Source: a virus (taxonomy: Duplodnaviria > Caudoviricetes). From it: a stretch of 57,303 bases of DNA. Below, piece by piece: positions 39,233 to 48,654 of this stretch. Within the stretch, counting starts at the first letter, position 1. Each line of letters starts with the position of its first letter. The position numbers were made by a program, and so were the translations under genes. Where the stretch lies: positions 1-57,303 of the IMG/VR virus record IMGVR_UViG_3300005965_000006, one strand, 5' to 3'. The notes beneath the pieces were generated by a model that was not told the origin of the DNA, did no database searches, and saw nothing but the letters and a program-made list of their open reading frames with translations.

Positions 39233-40143
39233 TGAATAGAAAAAATATAAAAGCTGTATTATCTAAAAAGTTTAATGCTTTTGTGGATAGTATAGAAGAT
39301 GAGAAAGTTAAGAAGTTGGTTAAGAAAAATTCCATGATAACGGGAGGGGCAATAGTCTCCATGTTAATGAAGGAGAAGATTAATGACTTCGATATATACT
39401 TTACTAATAAGGAGACAGCTCTTGCTGTAGCTGAATACTATGTTGCTAAGTTCAGAGAAGCACATAAAAATAAGTTCAATGATGTCAATTTAAAAGTTAT
39501 AGATATGACACAAAATGAAAAGAACCCTCAGGAACGTATAAAAATATTCATACGTTCTGATGGAGTAATAGAAGAAGATGATAGCGGAATAACTGATGAA
39601 ACAGAACCAAATGAACCTGACGCTATGGAATATATGTTGGATGACGAAGTAAAGGAGAAAGAGGATGCGCAAGAAAAACCAAAATACAGACCAATCTGGT
39701 TATCTGCCAATGCTATATCCTTATCCGAGAAGGTTCAACTCATCGTTAGATTCTACGGGGACCCTGAGACTATCCACAGTAACTATGATTTTGTGCATTG
39801 CACTAGCTACTGGCTTTCTGGCACCAGCGAGCTTGTCCTTCGTCCAGAAGCATTGGAAGCAATTATTGCCAGGGAACTACGGTATATTGGTTCCAAGTAC
39901 CCAGTCTGTTCACTCATTAGAACAAGAAAGTTTATCAAAAGAGGTTTCACAATCAATGCAGGACAATATCTAAAGATGTGTCTTCAAGTTTCGCAATTAA
40001 ACCTCTTGGACCTGCAAACCTTAGAAGACCAGCTTATAGGTGTTGATTCAGCTTATTTCAATCAGGTAATAAACTACTTTAATGAGAACCCTGATAAATT
40101 AGATGCCTCTTATTTAGTAGAAGTAATTAATAGAATTTTTTAA
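39232..40143 (+). CDS. Pol-beta-superfamily nucleotidyltransferase-like protein
   Basis: ITGGAIVS...NDFDIYF (GG...DxD) and QLI...YDFVH. Confidence 0.7.
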   Translation: MNRKNIKAVLSKKFNAFVDSIEDEKVKKLVKKNSMITGGAIVSMLMKEKINDFDIYFTNKETALAVAEYYVAKFREAHKNKFNDVNLKVIDMTQNEKNPQERIKIFIRSDGVIEEDDSGITDETEPNEPDAMEYMLDDEVKEKEDAQEKPKYRPIWLSANAISLSEKVQLIVRFYGDPETIHSNYDFVHCTSYWLSGTSELVLRPEALEAIIARELRYIGSKYPVCSLIRTRKFIKRGFTINAGQYLKMCLQVSQLNLLDLQTLEDQLIGVDSAYFNQVINYFNENPDKLDASYLVEVINRIF

Positions 40144-40200
40144 CTTGGTAGCGTTGAGAGTCAGCGGCCAAGGGTAGTAGACAAAAGAGGGAGACAAATT

Positions 40201-40488
40201 ATGTCAATGCTAAAAACAACAAAACGAGTAAGAAGAGAAACTACTTTCAGGTATATTGTTTGCGATGATTGTGGTAAAAAGTTGACGAAAGATTTCGAAG
40301 ACTGGCAAAAAGTAGTCGATGATTTCAACAACAAAAAAGATTCTCACGATTACTCCATAGCCCGTACGAACCAAGGGTGGAAACATTCTTGTTGTTCTAC
40401 TCAACAGGAACTCTTAGATAAACACAATAGGAAAGTCGAAAAATTACCAGCTTGTGTAGCTGATGCTATGAAAGTAGTAACAGCCTAG
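40201..40488 (+). CDS. Small Cys-rich protein
   Basis: CDDC...WKHSCC; similar to the next gene. Confidence 0.6.
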   Translation: MSMLKTTKRVRRETTFRYIVCDDCGKKLTKDFEDWQKVVDDFNNKKDSHDYSIARTNQGWKHSCCSTQQELLDKHNRKVEKLPACVADAMKVVTA

Positions 40489-40511
40489 GCTATTGGGAAA
40501 GGAGTTCTATA

Positions 40512-40700
40512 GTGAGTATTCATACGAAGTATGGGGAAACTATAGTCGTATGCGACAGCTGCCAATCTGAGGCAGCTGTTGGCATCGATTTTGAAACCGC
40601 CCTACAAAACTTTAAATCCCTTGATGGAAAGTTTCATAAAGAAGACGGTACTTGGTACCATTATTGTAGTCAAATATGCAAGGATAATGAAAGGGTATAG
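40512..40700 (+). CDS. Small Cys-rich protein
   Basis: CDSC...WYHYCSQIC; AAGGAG RBS. Confidence 0.6.
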   Translation: MSIHTKYGETIVVCDSCQSEAAVGIDFETALQNFKSLDGKFHKEDGTWYHYCSQICKDNERV

Positions 40701-40702
40701 TT

Positions 40703-41677
40703 ATGGAAGAAAAGAAATTCACTGATAATTCAGCTTTAAAGGCAATACTTTATGCTGATGTTATTCAATTTAACAGGGATGTTATTGGAACACCTGTAAG
40801 AATGGATACAGGTTGTTTATCAGAGCCTAGATTAGAATTTGCTAAGAAAGTTTTAACAGAGGAAATAAGTGAGTTTGAGGAGGCTCATACAATGAACGAT
40901 AGCTCTGAGGCTCTAGACGCTATGATAGATTTAATCTACTATGCTTTTGGTAGGCTTTATGAAATGGGTGTTTCAGCTTTAGATTTTGTTAAAGCTTGGG
41001 ATGCTGTGCATGAAGCTAATATGAAGAAAGTCAAAGGAGATAAAGGTAGAGGCTCTGACCAGGATGCTATTAAACCCGAAGGTTGGAAGAAACCTGAAAT
41101 AAAACAGATAGTGGAAACTTATTCTGTTCCTACAGATAATCTTTCAGTAGAACAACAAGCTTATATACGTGGTCTTGAGGAAGAGAATCAAAGACTATTG
41201 CAAGAACAAAATAAACCTGGTGTTAAATTTACACTTGAAAGTTGGACTGAAGCAGTAAATGTAGCAGCTGAAGCTAAGCTTAGGGAGGGTGGTTATACCC
41301 ATCATACAGCAAAGGAAGCTCATGGAACTTGTACAGGAAGATTCTCTCATAAAAAACCTAATATGTCTGATACCTCAGAAGTACTAGATTATCAAAATTA
41401 TTTAGGTGAATTAGATATTGCACAACCTTTTATAGAATGTGCAGAACTCCGTAAAAAGAAGGGTGCCGATTACAGGGGGTCTGATATAGAAATGAAGGAC
41501 TACTTTCCCTTCGGATTATTATCTTACACACAAATGCTCCATACTAAAAACCTCAGGCTCAGGAGCCTTGTGGCAAATGGTAGAACCCCCAAGAATGAAT
41601 CAGTTCGGGATACGCTCCTCGATATGATAAACTATGCTTGTTTTGCAATCGAGGCAATTGACAAAGGAGAAGTGTAA
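40703..41677 (+). CDS. MazG/HisE-like all-alpha NTP pyrophosphatase fused to an Nmad1 (DUF1599)-like domain
   Basis: EEISEF...DAMIDLIY...VHEANMKK...IKPEGW; C-terminal KKGADY...ESVRDTLLDMINY. Confidence 0.8.
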   Translation: MEEKKFTDNSALKAILYADVIQFNRDVIGTPVRMDTGCLSEPRLEFAKKVLTEEISEFEEAHTMNDSSEALDAMIDLIYYAFGRLYEMGVSALDFVKAWDAVHEANMKKVKGDKGRGSDQDAIKPEGWKKPEIKQIVETYSVPTDNLSVEQQAYIRGLEEENQRLLQEQNKPGVKFTLESWTEAVNVAAEAKLREGGYTHHTAKEAHGTCTGRFSHKKPNMSDTSEVLDYQNYLGELDIAQPFIECAELRKKKGADYRGSDIEMKDYFPFGLLSYTQMLHTKNLRLRSLVANGRTPKNESVRDTLLDMINYACFAIEAIDKGEV

Positions 41678-42567
41678 TGCCAACATATCTCAATTCATTT
41701 AATGCACAATACCATCATTTACTTCATAGAGTAATGGAGCATGGAATAGAAGAAGTTAATGAGAGAACAGGAGCAAGAAGTAAAGCTCTTCCTCACATGG
41801 TGCTATCTTCTCCAATACAACGACATATTGAAGTAGTTGGAGCCCGGAGAGTATTTCCTAAATCTGCAGCAGCTGAACTTGCTTGGTGTTTATCAGGAGA
41901 TAAAAATATTGAATGGCTTCAACAGCATACTCCCATGTGGAACCAATTTACTAATGAACATAATGAAATAGATTGTGCTTATGGATGGAGATGGCAAACA
42001 GCTTTCAACCGAGACCAGTTACAAATGGCAATTGATGCTCTCAAGAAAGACACAACAGACAGGCAAATTGTAGTTATGGCATGGGACCCAAGAGTCGATG
42101 GGCTGGGGAATCGTTGGTCAAAGAACGTTCCCTGCCCCATTGGCTTCATGGTTAATATTATTGACAATAAATTAAACCTCACTATGTTGATGAGAAGCTC
42201 CGATGTAGTTGTGGGATTGGTATATGATTCCATTTTTTACGAACTCCTCTTGGTCGCGCTGGCTAATGAACTTGGTGTTGGTTATGGAATGTTTACTGCT
42301 TTTCTTAATCACGCTCATATATATAAAAGTCATTGGGGTATAGCTGAGCAGATGATTAGAAATCTTGATGATTACCTCTGTACTGGAATACCTAAACAAG
42401 ATATGTATATTCCACAAGATTTTCTTATCTCAGGTCTTATAGAAGCCTGGGGTATTACAGAGATTAAAAAGGACCCAGATTCTTATGTGGATTATATTAA
42501 AAGTTTAACTACAAAACCTAAAAGTAGTCCTAAGGCAATGTTAGTAAAACCAGAGGTAATAGAATGA
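41677..42567 (+). CDS. Thymidylate synthase-family methyl/hydroxymethyl transferase (Asp variant)
   Basis: AELAW, AYGWRW, catalytic PC, RSSDVVVGLVYD, HAHIY. Confidence 0.9.
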   Translation: MPTYLNSFNAQYHHLLHRVMEHGIEEVNERTGARSKALPHMVLSSPIQRHIEVVGARRVFPKSAAAELAWCLSGDKNIEWLQQHTPMWNQFTNEHNEIDCAYGWRWQTAFNRDQLQMAIDALKKDTTDRQIVVMAWDPRVDGLGNRWSKNVPCPIGFMVNIIDNKLNLTMLMRSSDVVVGLVYDSIFYELLLVALANELGVGYGMFTAFLNHAHIYKSHWGIAEQMIRNLDDYLCTGIPKQDMYIPQDFLISGLIEAWGITEIKKDPDSYVDYIKSLTTKPKSSPKAMLVKPEVIE

Positions 42568-43124
42568 AAAGAAAAGAGATTGAGTTAATACGTACTTTCC
42601 CCGATAAAATAGCTAAAGAAGTCTATTATATGAATTTAGCAATTGCAGTGTCCAAGAGGTCGACTTGTTTAGATAAGCAAGTTGGCGCTGTCCTAGTAGA
42701 CAACTACGGTAAAATTATAAGTTCAGGTTTTAACGGGGCTCCTTCTGGTTTTATTCATTGTACTGATACTAATCACTGTCATAAAGATAACGGTGATGCC
42801 TGTATAGCAGTACACGCTGAAGCTAATGCTATAGCCCAAGCAGGACGAGAGGCTACAGGTTGCACCTTATATGTAACACATTCTCCTTGTCTTGAATGTA
42901 CAAAGTTGATACTTAATGCTAAGATACTTCAAGTAGTAGCTTTAGAAATGTATTCAAAACATAAGAAGTATCCTAAATTATGTCCTGATATGCTATTTAA
43001 TGATACAAAGACAAATTTACTTTACCTTAAACCTATGTTAAACAATACACCAAAACAACCTTGTTTTAGGGACCCAATACAAGAATGTACTGGTTGCTAT
43101 GAACGTTGTTACGAAGACAGCTAG
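42564..43124 (+). CDS. dCMP deaminase family protein
   Basis: RSTC..QVGA, GFNGAPSG, HAEANA, PCLEC. Confidence 0.92.
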   Translation: MKRKEIELIRTFPDKIAKEVYYMNLAIAVSKRSTCLDKQVGAVLVDNYGKIISSGFNGAPSGFIHCTDTNHCHKDNGDACIAVHAEANAIAQAGREATGCTLYVTHSPCLECTKLILNAKILQVVALEMYSKHKKYPKLCPDMLFNDTKTNLLYLKPMLNNTPKQPCFRDPIQECTGCYERCYEDS

Positions 43125-43206
43125 TTAACGGCTATAAGTTAATATATAACTATATATTTTAGAAGCAAAAAATTCGACTGTATAAACTTCAACTGGAGCC
43201 TATTTT

Positions 43207-43479
43207 ATGTATTATAGTTTTTATTTAAACGATAAACAAGAACTCTTTAAAATAAAGCCTTTAGGACAAAATTTTGAAATGGCTATTTATAGATTTAGAG
43301 AAGATGTAAAAGCTTTTAAAGGATTATTCCCAGTAGAAAGTGATTCAAAGTTTAGAACAGTATTTCCTACATTTGAAATGAGATTCATAAACACTAAGAA
43401 TAAAGGAGCAACAAAAGGCCATAAACCTAAGAAATCAATAGAAAGAGAATATATGAGGATAAGTGCATTATATGACTAA
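43207..43479 (+). CDS. Hypothetical protein
   Basis: GGAG RBS. Confidence 0.5.
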   Translation: MYYSFYLNDKQELFKIKPLGQNFEMAIYRFREDVKAFKGLFPVESDSKFRTVFPTFEMRFINTKNKGATKGHKPKKSIEREYMRISALYD

Positions 43480-43645
43480 TCAATTAATACTATCAAATAG
43501 TACAGATAAATGGGTAACTTTTGCTGTATTCTATGAGGAAGGTTATAGACCAAATAATACACCACTTATTATAGAAGTACCTCCTCACATACAACCAAAA
43601 GTTAATGGACCAGTAATAGAAGTGAGGATATTAAAAAATGAGTAA
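43472..43645 (+). CDS. Small hypothetical protein
   Basis: Overlaps neighbours at both ends. Confidence 0.45.
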   Translation: MTNQLILSNSTDKWVTFAVFYEEGYRPNNTPLIIEVPPHIQPKVNGPVIEVRILKNE

Positions 43646-43897
43646 TTGGAATGAGATATTACTAATACCCCAAATAGAAAAAAGATAGCAATACTTCAAG
43701 AAGCAAAATTTAAACCAGTTTTGTTACTTATACCTGATGCCACTATGGCACGGCTTAGAAGAGAAATAGAAAATGTTGCTGGTTTTAGAGGCTTAGAGGA
43801 AGTAGAAGAGTTCAAGGGCCTTCGGGTTAAAGTACTTAATGAGTATGCTCTTGAAAAGAAAACTACAGAGTTCACCTTCTGGATAGGAGTAGACTAA
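43638..43897 (+). pseudogene. ~86-aa gene interrupted by a one-base frameshift near the A6 run at 43678-43683
   Basis: ATG 43638 with GAGG RBS stops at 43686; the -1 frame is open to TAA 43895-43897, which overlaps the next ATG. Confidence 0.5.
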
Positions 43898-44169
43898 TGA
43901 GAGACTACACTAAGTATGTAGGAAAATTTTCTCATGCTATGATAGAGACACTTATAACTAATGAGAAATATAGAAATAAACGTGGATGGGAAAATCTTTC
44001 TAATGAGCATATACTCAAAAGAATAAAAGAGGAAACAGCCGAAATAGAGACGGCACTAATAAATCAAGCTCCGACACGTGATATAATAAAAGAGTGCACA
44101 GACGTTGCAAACTTTTGCATGATGTTAGCTGATAACCTGGAGAGACGAGATGAAGGAGATAAGAAATGA
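43897..44169 (+). CDS. Small MazG-like protein
   Basis: EETAEI...ECTDVANFCMM. Confidence 0.7.
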   Translation: MRDYTKYVGKFSHAMIETLITNEKYRNKRGWENLSNEHILKRIKEETAEIETALINQAPTRDIIKECTDVANFCMMLADNLERRDEGDKK

Positions 44170-44645
44170 AATTCATGTGCGCAGTCAGTCCAGAGGGCTA
44201 CATGGCCCAGGGACCGGAGGACGATATGGTATGGACTCCCCAAATAGACAAACAAATTTTTCAGATTGTGTCAGCCCTGGACGGAGGAATCTGTCTGGTG
44301 TCAAAACAGACACTTTCGAATATGCCAAGGTTCCTGACCGGAAGGACTCTAATTCCAATATCAAGCAACGGGTTAACTTTGGAGCAAGCCTACGAAAAGT
44401 TTCCAAACGCCTTATTAGTTTCGGGGCCAACATTGCTAAAGGATGCCAACCGCTTATCAGATTATGACACACCAATAATACAGGACCTAATAATTAACCA
44501 GGTCGATATACAACTTCTTGGACAAGATATTCCTGAAGAGTATCGTTTTCCTTTTGATATTCTAACAAATTACCATAAAGTAATTGAAGTACAATTCCAG
44601 GATATGAAAACTACTATATATAGACATAGCTTAAGGAGTGAATAA
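44166..44645 (+). CDS. Divergent dihydrofolate reductase-like protein
   Basis: CAVSPEGYMA..DDMVW...DK..F, LVSKQT, LTGR, LVSGP match DHFR segment order. Confidence 0.7.
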   Translation: MKFMCAVSPEGYMAQGPEDDMVWTPQIDKQIFQIVSALDGGICLVSKQTLSNMPRFLTGRTLIPISSNGLTLEQAYEKFPNALLVSGPTLLKDANRLSDYDTPIIQDLIINQVDIQLLGQDIPEEYRFPFDILTNYHKVIEVQFQDMKTTIYRHSLRSE

Positions 44646-44650
44646 TTATA

Positions 44651-44881
44651 ATGCAGTACCCGGATGGAACAGCTATATGGAAAAAAGAATCTTATAAAAG
44701 TAGAGCTAATGGAGAAATAACTCCTTATTTAAAAAGGCGAATAGATAGATTATTTATGTATAAACCTAATTTATCTTTTGAACAAAAAATGGCATATATT
44801 TTTGCTTGGTTAAATATAGAGAAAGATTCTGATTTAGATGCTTTTAGAGAATTCTATGGAATAAATATACATATAAAGTAA
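44651..44881 (+). CDS. Hypothetical protein
   Basis: AAGGAG RBS. Confidence 0.55.
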   Translation: MQYPDGTAIWKKESYKSRANGEITPYLKRRIDRLFMYKPNLSFEQKMAYIFAWLNIEKDSDLDAFREFYGINIHIK

Positions 44882-44891
44882 GGAGTTAAAT

Positions 44892-46961
44892 ATGAAAAAA
44901 GATGATAGCTGGCGAGTGAAGGAAACTATTAAATTTGAGGACCTTCACAGTGATTGGGAATACCCAACAGAATTTCCCGAACTTAGTAAGGCAGATATAA
45001 TATCAATAGATACAGAGACTTGTGACCCGGGTCTTTCTGAGTTTGGACCAGGGTGGACTAGGGGAGAAGGAAATGTAGCTGGTATATCTATTGCTGCTCG
45101 TTTTGGTACAGAAGTATTTTCAGGGTATTATCCTATAGGTCATGGTGTTCATGGGCGAGATGGTAATATGGACCGAGCAATGGTAACTGATTGGCTAAGG
45201 AGAGAATTAAAAAGTAATACCCATAAAGTATATGCCAATGCTAATTATGATATGGGTTGGCTTTCTACTGAGAATATAGAAACAGTGGACTATGGTAGAA
45301 CAGAAGATATTCAGATAATGGCTCCCTTGATTAATGAACACATGTGGAGCTATTCTCTTGATACTCTTGGTAAATATTACCTTAAAGAATCTAAAGATGA
45401 GGCCTTGCTTAATTTGGCTATAGGTAAATATGGTTTAAAGCATCCTAAGAAAGAAATGTGGAAACTTCATCCTAAGTTTGTAGGACCTTATGCAGAGCAA
45501 GATGCTATTCTTACTTTGAAGCTATATGAGCACTTTAACCCACTTATAGATAAAGACCCTGTAAGTGGCCAATCGTTAAGACAGGTTTATGACCTTGAAA
45601 CTAAGTTAATTCCAATTCTCTTTAAAATGCAAAGACGTGGTATAAGAGTTGATGTTGGTAGAGCTGAAAAAGTAAAAGAAGAATTTCAAAAGCAAATAGC
45701 AGAGAGACAAAAGTGGTTAAATACTAAGGCTGGTTTTGAGATAAATGTTAACTCTGGAGATGATTTAGGTAGAGCTTGTGATGATTTAGGAATAGAGTAT
45801 CCGAGAACAGCTAAGACTAATAAACCATCTTTCACTAAAGACTTTATTGAATTTCATGATGCTGAGTTCCTCCGAGAGGTCCGTAAAGTTAGACAAATGA
45901 TGAAAGCTCAATCAACCTTTATTGAAAGTGCTATATTAAATAAAGTACATAATGGAAGAGTTCACCCACAATTCCACCAGTTACGTAGAAGTGATGACCA
46001 GAATGATGCTCTTAAAGGGACTATATCAGGTAGATTCTCTTGTACTACACCTAATATTCAACAAGTTAGCTCAAGAGATGAGGTTGTGGCTCCTCTTATA
46101 CGTCAGATATTCCTTCCTGAGGAAGATACGTTATGGGGTTCTTTTGACTATAGTTCTCAGGAGCCTAGGCACACGGTTCATAAAGCAGCTCAGCTATATA
46201 GAGCAGGCGTTACTACCTATTGGTTAGACCATTTAGCTAAATCTGAGGACGCTGTAAGGAAATATCACGAGGATCCAAAGACCGATTACCACCAGATGGT
46301 TGCAGACCTTTGTGGAATATCTCGTAAAGAAGCTAAGACTATCAACCTCGGTATTGCTTATGGAATGGGTGGAGCAAAGCTCTGTAAGTCCTTGGGCCTT
46401 CCAACTGAGATGCGAAGGATGTTTGGGAAGATGATTGAAATGGCCGGTCCCGAAGGGCAAGAGATTCTTGATAAGTATCACGCTGGGGCAGCATATATTA
46501 AAGGTCTTTCAAAGTTCTGTGAAAAATTTGCTAAGGATAACGGTTATATAAGAACCGAGCTTGGTAGACACGCTAGATTCAATGATTGGACTTCCACAGA
46601 CTTTGATACAGCACGAAAGACTAAACCTGAACCATTTGAAACTATGAGAGCCTATACCCGCGACCCTGAGAACCCTCTTTATGGTCATAGTATAGAAAGA
46701 GCAAAAACCTATGTAGCAATGAACAGGGTAGTCCAGGGTTCATCTGCAGACCAAACAAAATTAGCTATGCTTCAATGTTATGAAGCAGGTTATCTACCTT
46801 TAGCTCAAGTGCATGATGAACTCGCTATTCCAATATCTATTGTTAATAAAGAACAACAAGGCCAAGAGGTTAAAGAAATTATGGAAAACTGTATGCCTTT
46901 AATTGTACCTTCTCTAGTAGATTACGGCTTAGGTAGAACTTGGGGAGATGCTAAAGGATAA
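44892..46961 (+). CDS. polA: Family A DNA polymerase with 3'-5' exonuclease
   Basis: DTET exonuclease motif, YAEQD, SGRFS..PNIQQ, DYSSQE, RKEAKTINLGIAYG, QVHDE. Confidence 0.95.
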   Translation: MKKDDSWRVKETIKFEDLHSDWEYPTEFPELSKADIISIDTETCDPGLSEFGPGWTRGEGNVAGISIAARFGTEVFSGYYPIGHGVHGRDGNMDRAMVTDWLRRELKSNTHKVYANANYDMGWLSTENIETVDYGRTEDIQIMAPLINEHMWSYSLDTLGKYYLKESKDEALLNLAIGKYGLKHPKKEMWKLHPKFVGPYAEQDAILTLKLYEHFNPLIDKDPVSGQSLRQVYDLETKLIPILFKMQRRGIRVDVGRAEKVKEEFQKQIAERQKWLNTKAGFEINVNSGDDLGRACDDLGIEYPRTAKTNKPSFTKDFIEFHDAEFLREVRKVRQMMKAQSTFIESAILNKVHNGRVHPQFHQLRRSDDQNDALKGTISGRFSCTTPNIQQVSSRDEVVAPLIRQIFLPEEDTLWGSFDYSSQEPRHTVHKAAQLYRAGVTTYWLDHLAKSEDAVRKYHEDPKTDYHQMVADLCGISRKEAKTINLGIAYGMGGAKLCKSLGLPTEMRRMFGKMIEMAGPEGQEILDKYHAGAAYIKGLSKFCEKFAKDNGYIRTELGRHARFNDWTSTDFDTARKTKPEPFETMRAYTRDPENPLYGHSIERAKTYVAMNRVVQGSSADQTKLAMLQCYEAGYLPLAQVHDELAIPISIVNKEQQGQEVKEIMENCMPLIVPSLVDYGLGRTWGDAKG

Positions 46962-46993
46962 AGGATAAAGGATAAAGGATAAAGGATAAAGGA
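46952..46993 (+). repeat. (TAAAGGA)6 tandem heptamer
   Basis: Six perfect copies spanning the polA stop and the next RBS. Confidence 0.9.
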
Positions 46994-47001
46994 AGAAGAT
47001 T

Positions 47002-47244
47002 ATGCCATTGAGAAAAGATACACCTAACTACAAGAAAGCTGATGCTAATGAGCGTCTTAAACGTTACCATGCTCGTCAGGCCGCAATTAAGAAGTATGGG
47101 GCTGATGCTGTTAAAGGAAAAACTGTCCATCACAAAGACCACAACAACAAGAACAATAGCCCTTCGAACCTGGAGCTAAAGACTCGTAGTGCACATGGTA
47201 AGGAACATGGTAGAGGAAATGGAAAACGAGGTAAGAAAAAATAG
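47002..47244 (+). CDS. Small HNH-motif protein
   Basis: VHHKDHNNKNNSPSNL...H. Confidence 0.8.
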   Translation: MPLRKDTPNYKKADANERLKRYHARQAAIKKYGADAVKGKTVHHKDHNNKNNSPSNLELKTRSAHGKEHGRGNGKRGKKK

Positions 47245-47632
47245 ATACTGGCGGCCTGAGGTTAAAGAGTATAAGAGACGTCAGCTAGAAAACCATGAGC
47301 ATATAGCTCAGAAAGTTAAAAATATTAAAGATAATGGACGCGTGGCTTTTTATGTAAATAAAGAGCGTTCTATTGAAAGACACAAATATATACTCAGAGT
47401 ATTCAAAAGATGGAGCGATGATTATGTAGAAGGTAAGACGGACCAATTACCGCATATACCTACTATAGCCAATTATTGTGAAGTATCTTGTAAACTTGCC
47501 AGGAAAGTCCTTGCTCCTTATTATAAGCAGTATCTTACTTATAATACTATATCTAAGGAAGAGATAGACAATTATGGTTTATCTGACGAAGAGTATGAAC
47601 AAATATGGATGGGAGAGTGGATAGATGAGTGA
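47207..47632 (+). CDS. Hypothetical protein with possible HTH
   Basis: IPTIANYCEVSCKLARKVL; start uncertain. Confidence 0.55.
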   Translation: MVEEMENEVRKNRYWRPEVKEYKRRQLENHEHIAQKVKNIKDNGRVAFYVNKERSIERHKYILRVFKRWSDDYVEGKTDQLPHIPTIANYCEVSCKLARKVLAPYYKQYLTYNTISKEEIDNYGLSDEEYEQIWMGEWIDE

Positions 47633-48059
47633 AGCCTTATTTAGAAAACGAATACAAGATTTTTCAAAGCATTGTAATTATCCTTCACATTGGCAGTCAA
47701 TAGAATCCTCAGCCACCGGTCAGGGTATTCCTGATTTAAACGGTTGTTATGCGGGAATAGATGTTTGGATTGAAACAAAATACACAGAGCACCACCGGAC
47801 AAAGAATATAGGACTTAAGCCTATGCAGATTGCGTGGCTATATAAAAGAGCAAAAGCTGGTGGCAATGTGTGGATTGCTCTTTATATGAAGTCTAAGATG
47901 AGGAATGTAGGTTTTATTTATATTTGGCATGGAAAAGATGTTCGGAAGGTCAATGAATTAGGAACTTTCTTTCCTCCTTTCAGGCTCCTTCGAGTAGAAA
48001 AACTTAAGGATTGGGAAGATTTCTATGAAACAATATTTAAACAGCTAGATAACGTATAA
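47625..48059 (+). CDS. PD-(D/E)xK nuclease (VRR-NUC/Holliday junction resolvase-like)
   Basis: MSEALF, GIPDL, WIETK, PMQIAW...GG. Confidence 0.85.
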   Translation: MSEALFRKRIQDFSKHCNYPSHWQSIESSATGQGIPDLNGCYAGIDVWIETKYTEHHRTKNIGLKPMQIAWLYKRAKAGGNVWIALYMKSKMRNVGFIYIWHGKDVRKVNELGTFFPPFRLLRVEKLKDWEDFYETIFKQLDNV

Positions 48060-48068
48060 TAATTAATA

Positions 48069-48104
48069 AGTAAGCTCGATTTAAAGTTTAAAATCGAGCT
48101 TACT
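48069..48104. terminator. Bidirectional terminator between the convergent genome arms
   Basis: Perfect 14-bp stem AGTAAGCTCGATTT/AAATCGAGCTTACT. Confidence 0.85.
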
Positions 48105-48129
48105 GTTTTATTCTATTTGCTATCTATTT

Positions 48130-48654
48130 TTAATTATTTTCGAACATTTGTTCATAATTATTCTGGTCTACTACTTCCATGCCCAAGTTAGTTAGAAAAG
48201 CAACCGCGGTAGGTACTGAATAAATAGATTCTTGGGCAATCTGTCTATCCCCACCGTCGCGGATAAGAGCTTTGCGCGCATAGGTTATCAGCTTCTTAGC
48301 TGATAATACTTCAATCTCACCATCCGGGTCAATAACTTCATAAGAGAGTTCAGAGGCATATCTTCTTGCTGCTCGCGGTTTCGCAGGCTCTAGGATTCCT
48401 TCTTCTCTCATTTTATGTCTATACCATTGAATTGCTTTAACAGAAGTTGCTCCTCCAAACTTAGCTACTACCATCGCGGCAATCTCTTTATCATTGGCCT
48501 GAAGGTCCCCATCAGCATGCTTTTTAATAAGAGAGCGAGCATAAGTAGCAACATCTCCTCGTTTATATGAGTTTTTAATACCAGTTTTCATATATTCGTT
48601 AACTGTTCCTTTAAAAGCATTTTCTTTGGTTTTAGTGCTAGTTCTTTTTTGCAT
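48130..48654 (-). CDS. Putative HTH-like DNA-binding protein, 'IxWY[KR]' paralog 2
   Basis: DKEIAAMVVAKFGGATSVKAIQWYRHKMR. Confidence 0.7.
   Translation of the reverse strand: MQKRTSTKTKENAFKGTVNEYMKTGIKNSYKRGDVATYARSLIKKHADGDLQANDKEIAAMVVAKFGGATSVKAIQWYRHKMREEGILEPAKPRAARRYASELSYEVIDPDGEIEVLSAKKLITYARKALIRDGGDRQIAQESIYSVPTAVAFLTNLGMEVVDQNNYEQMFENN

Noticed and set aside
4045-46481. Numerous antisense or alternate-frame ORFs in the track (e.g. 4045, 5861, 7752, 27016, 37390, 44150, 46233)
   Set aside because: They lie within well-supported genes and lack RBS or recognisable motifs.
2550-48059. Alternative genetic code
   Set aside because: Core genes are full length under the standard code, and TAA, TAG and TGA all serve as stops.
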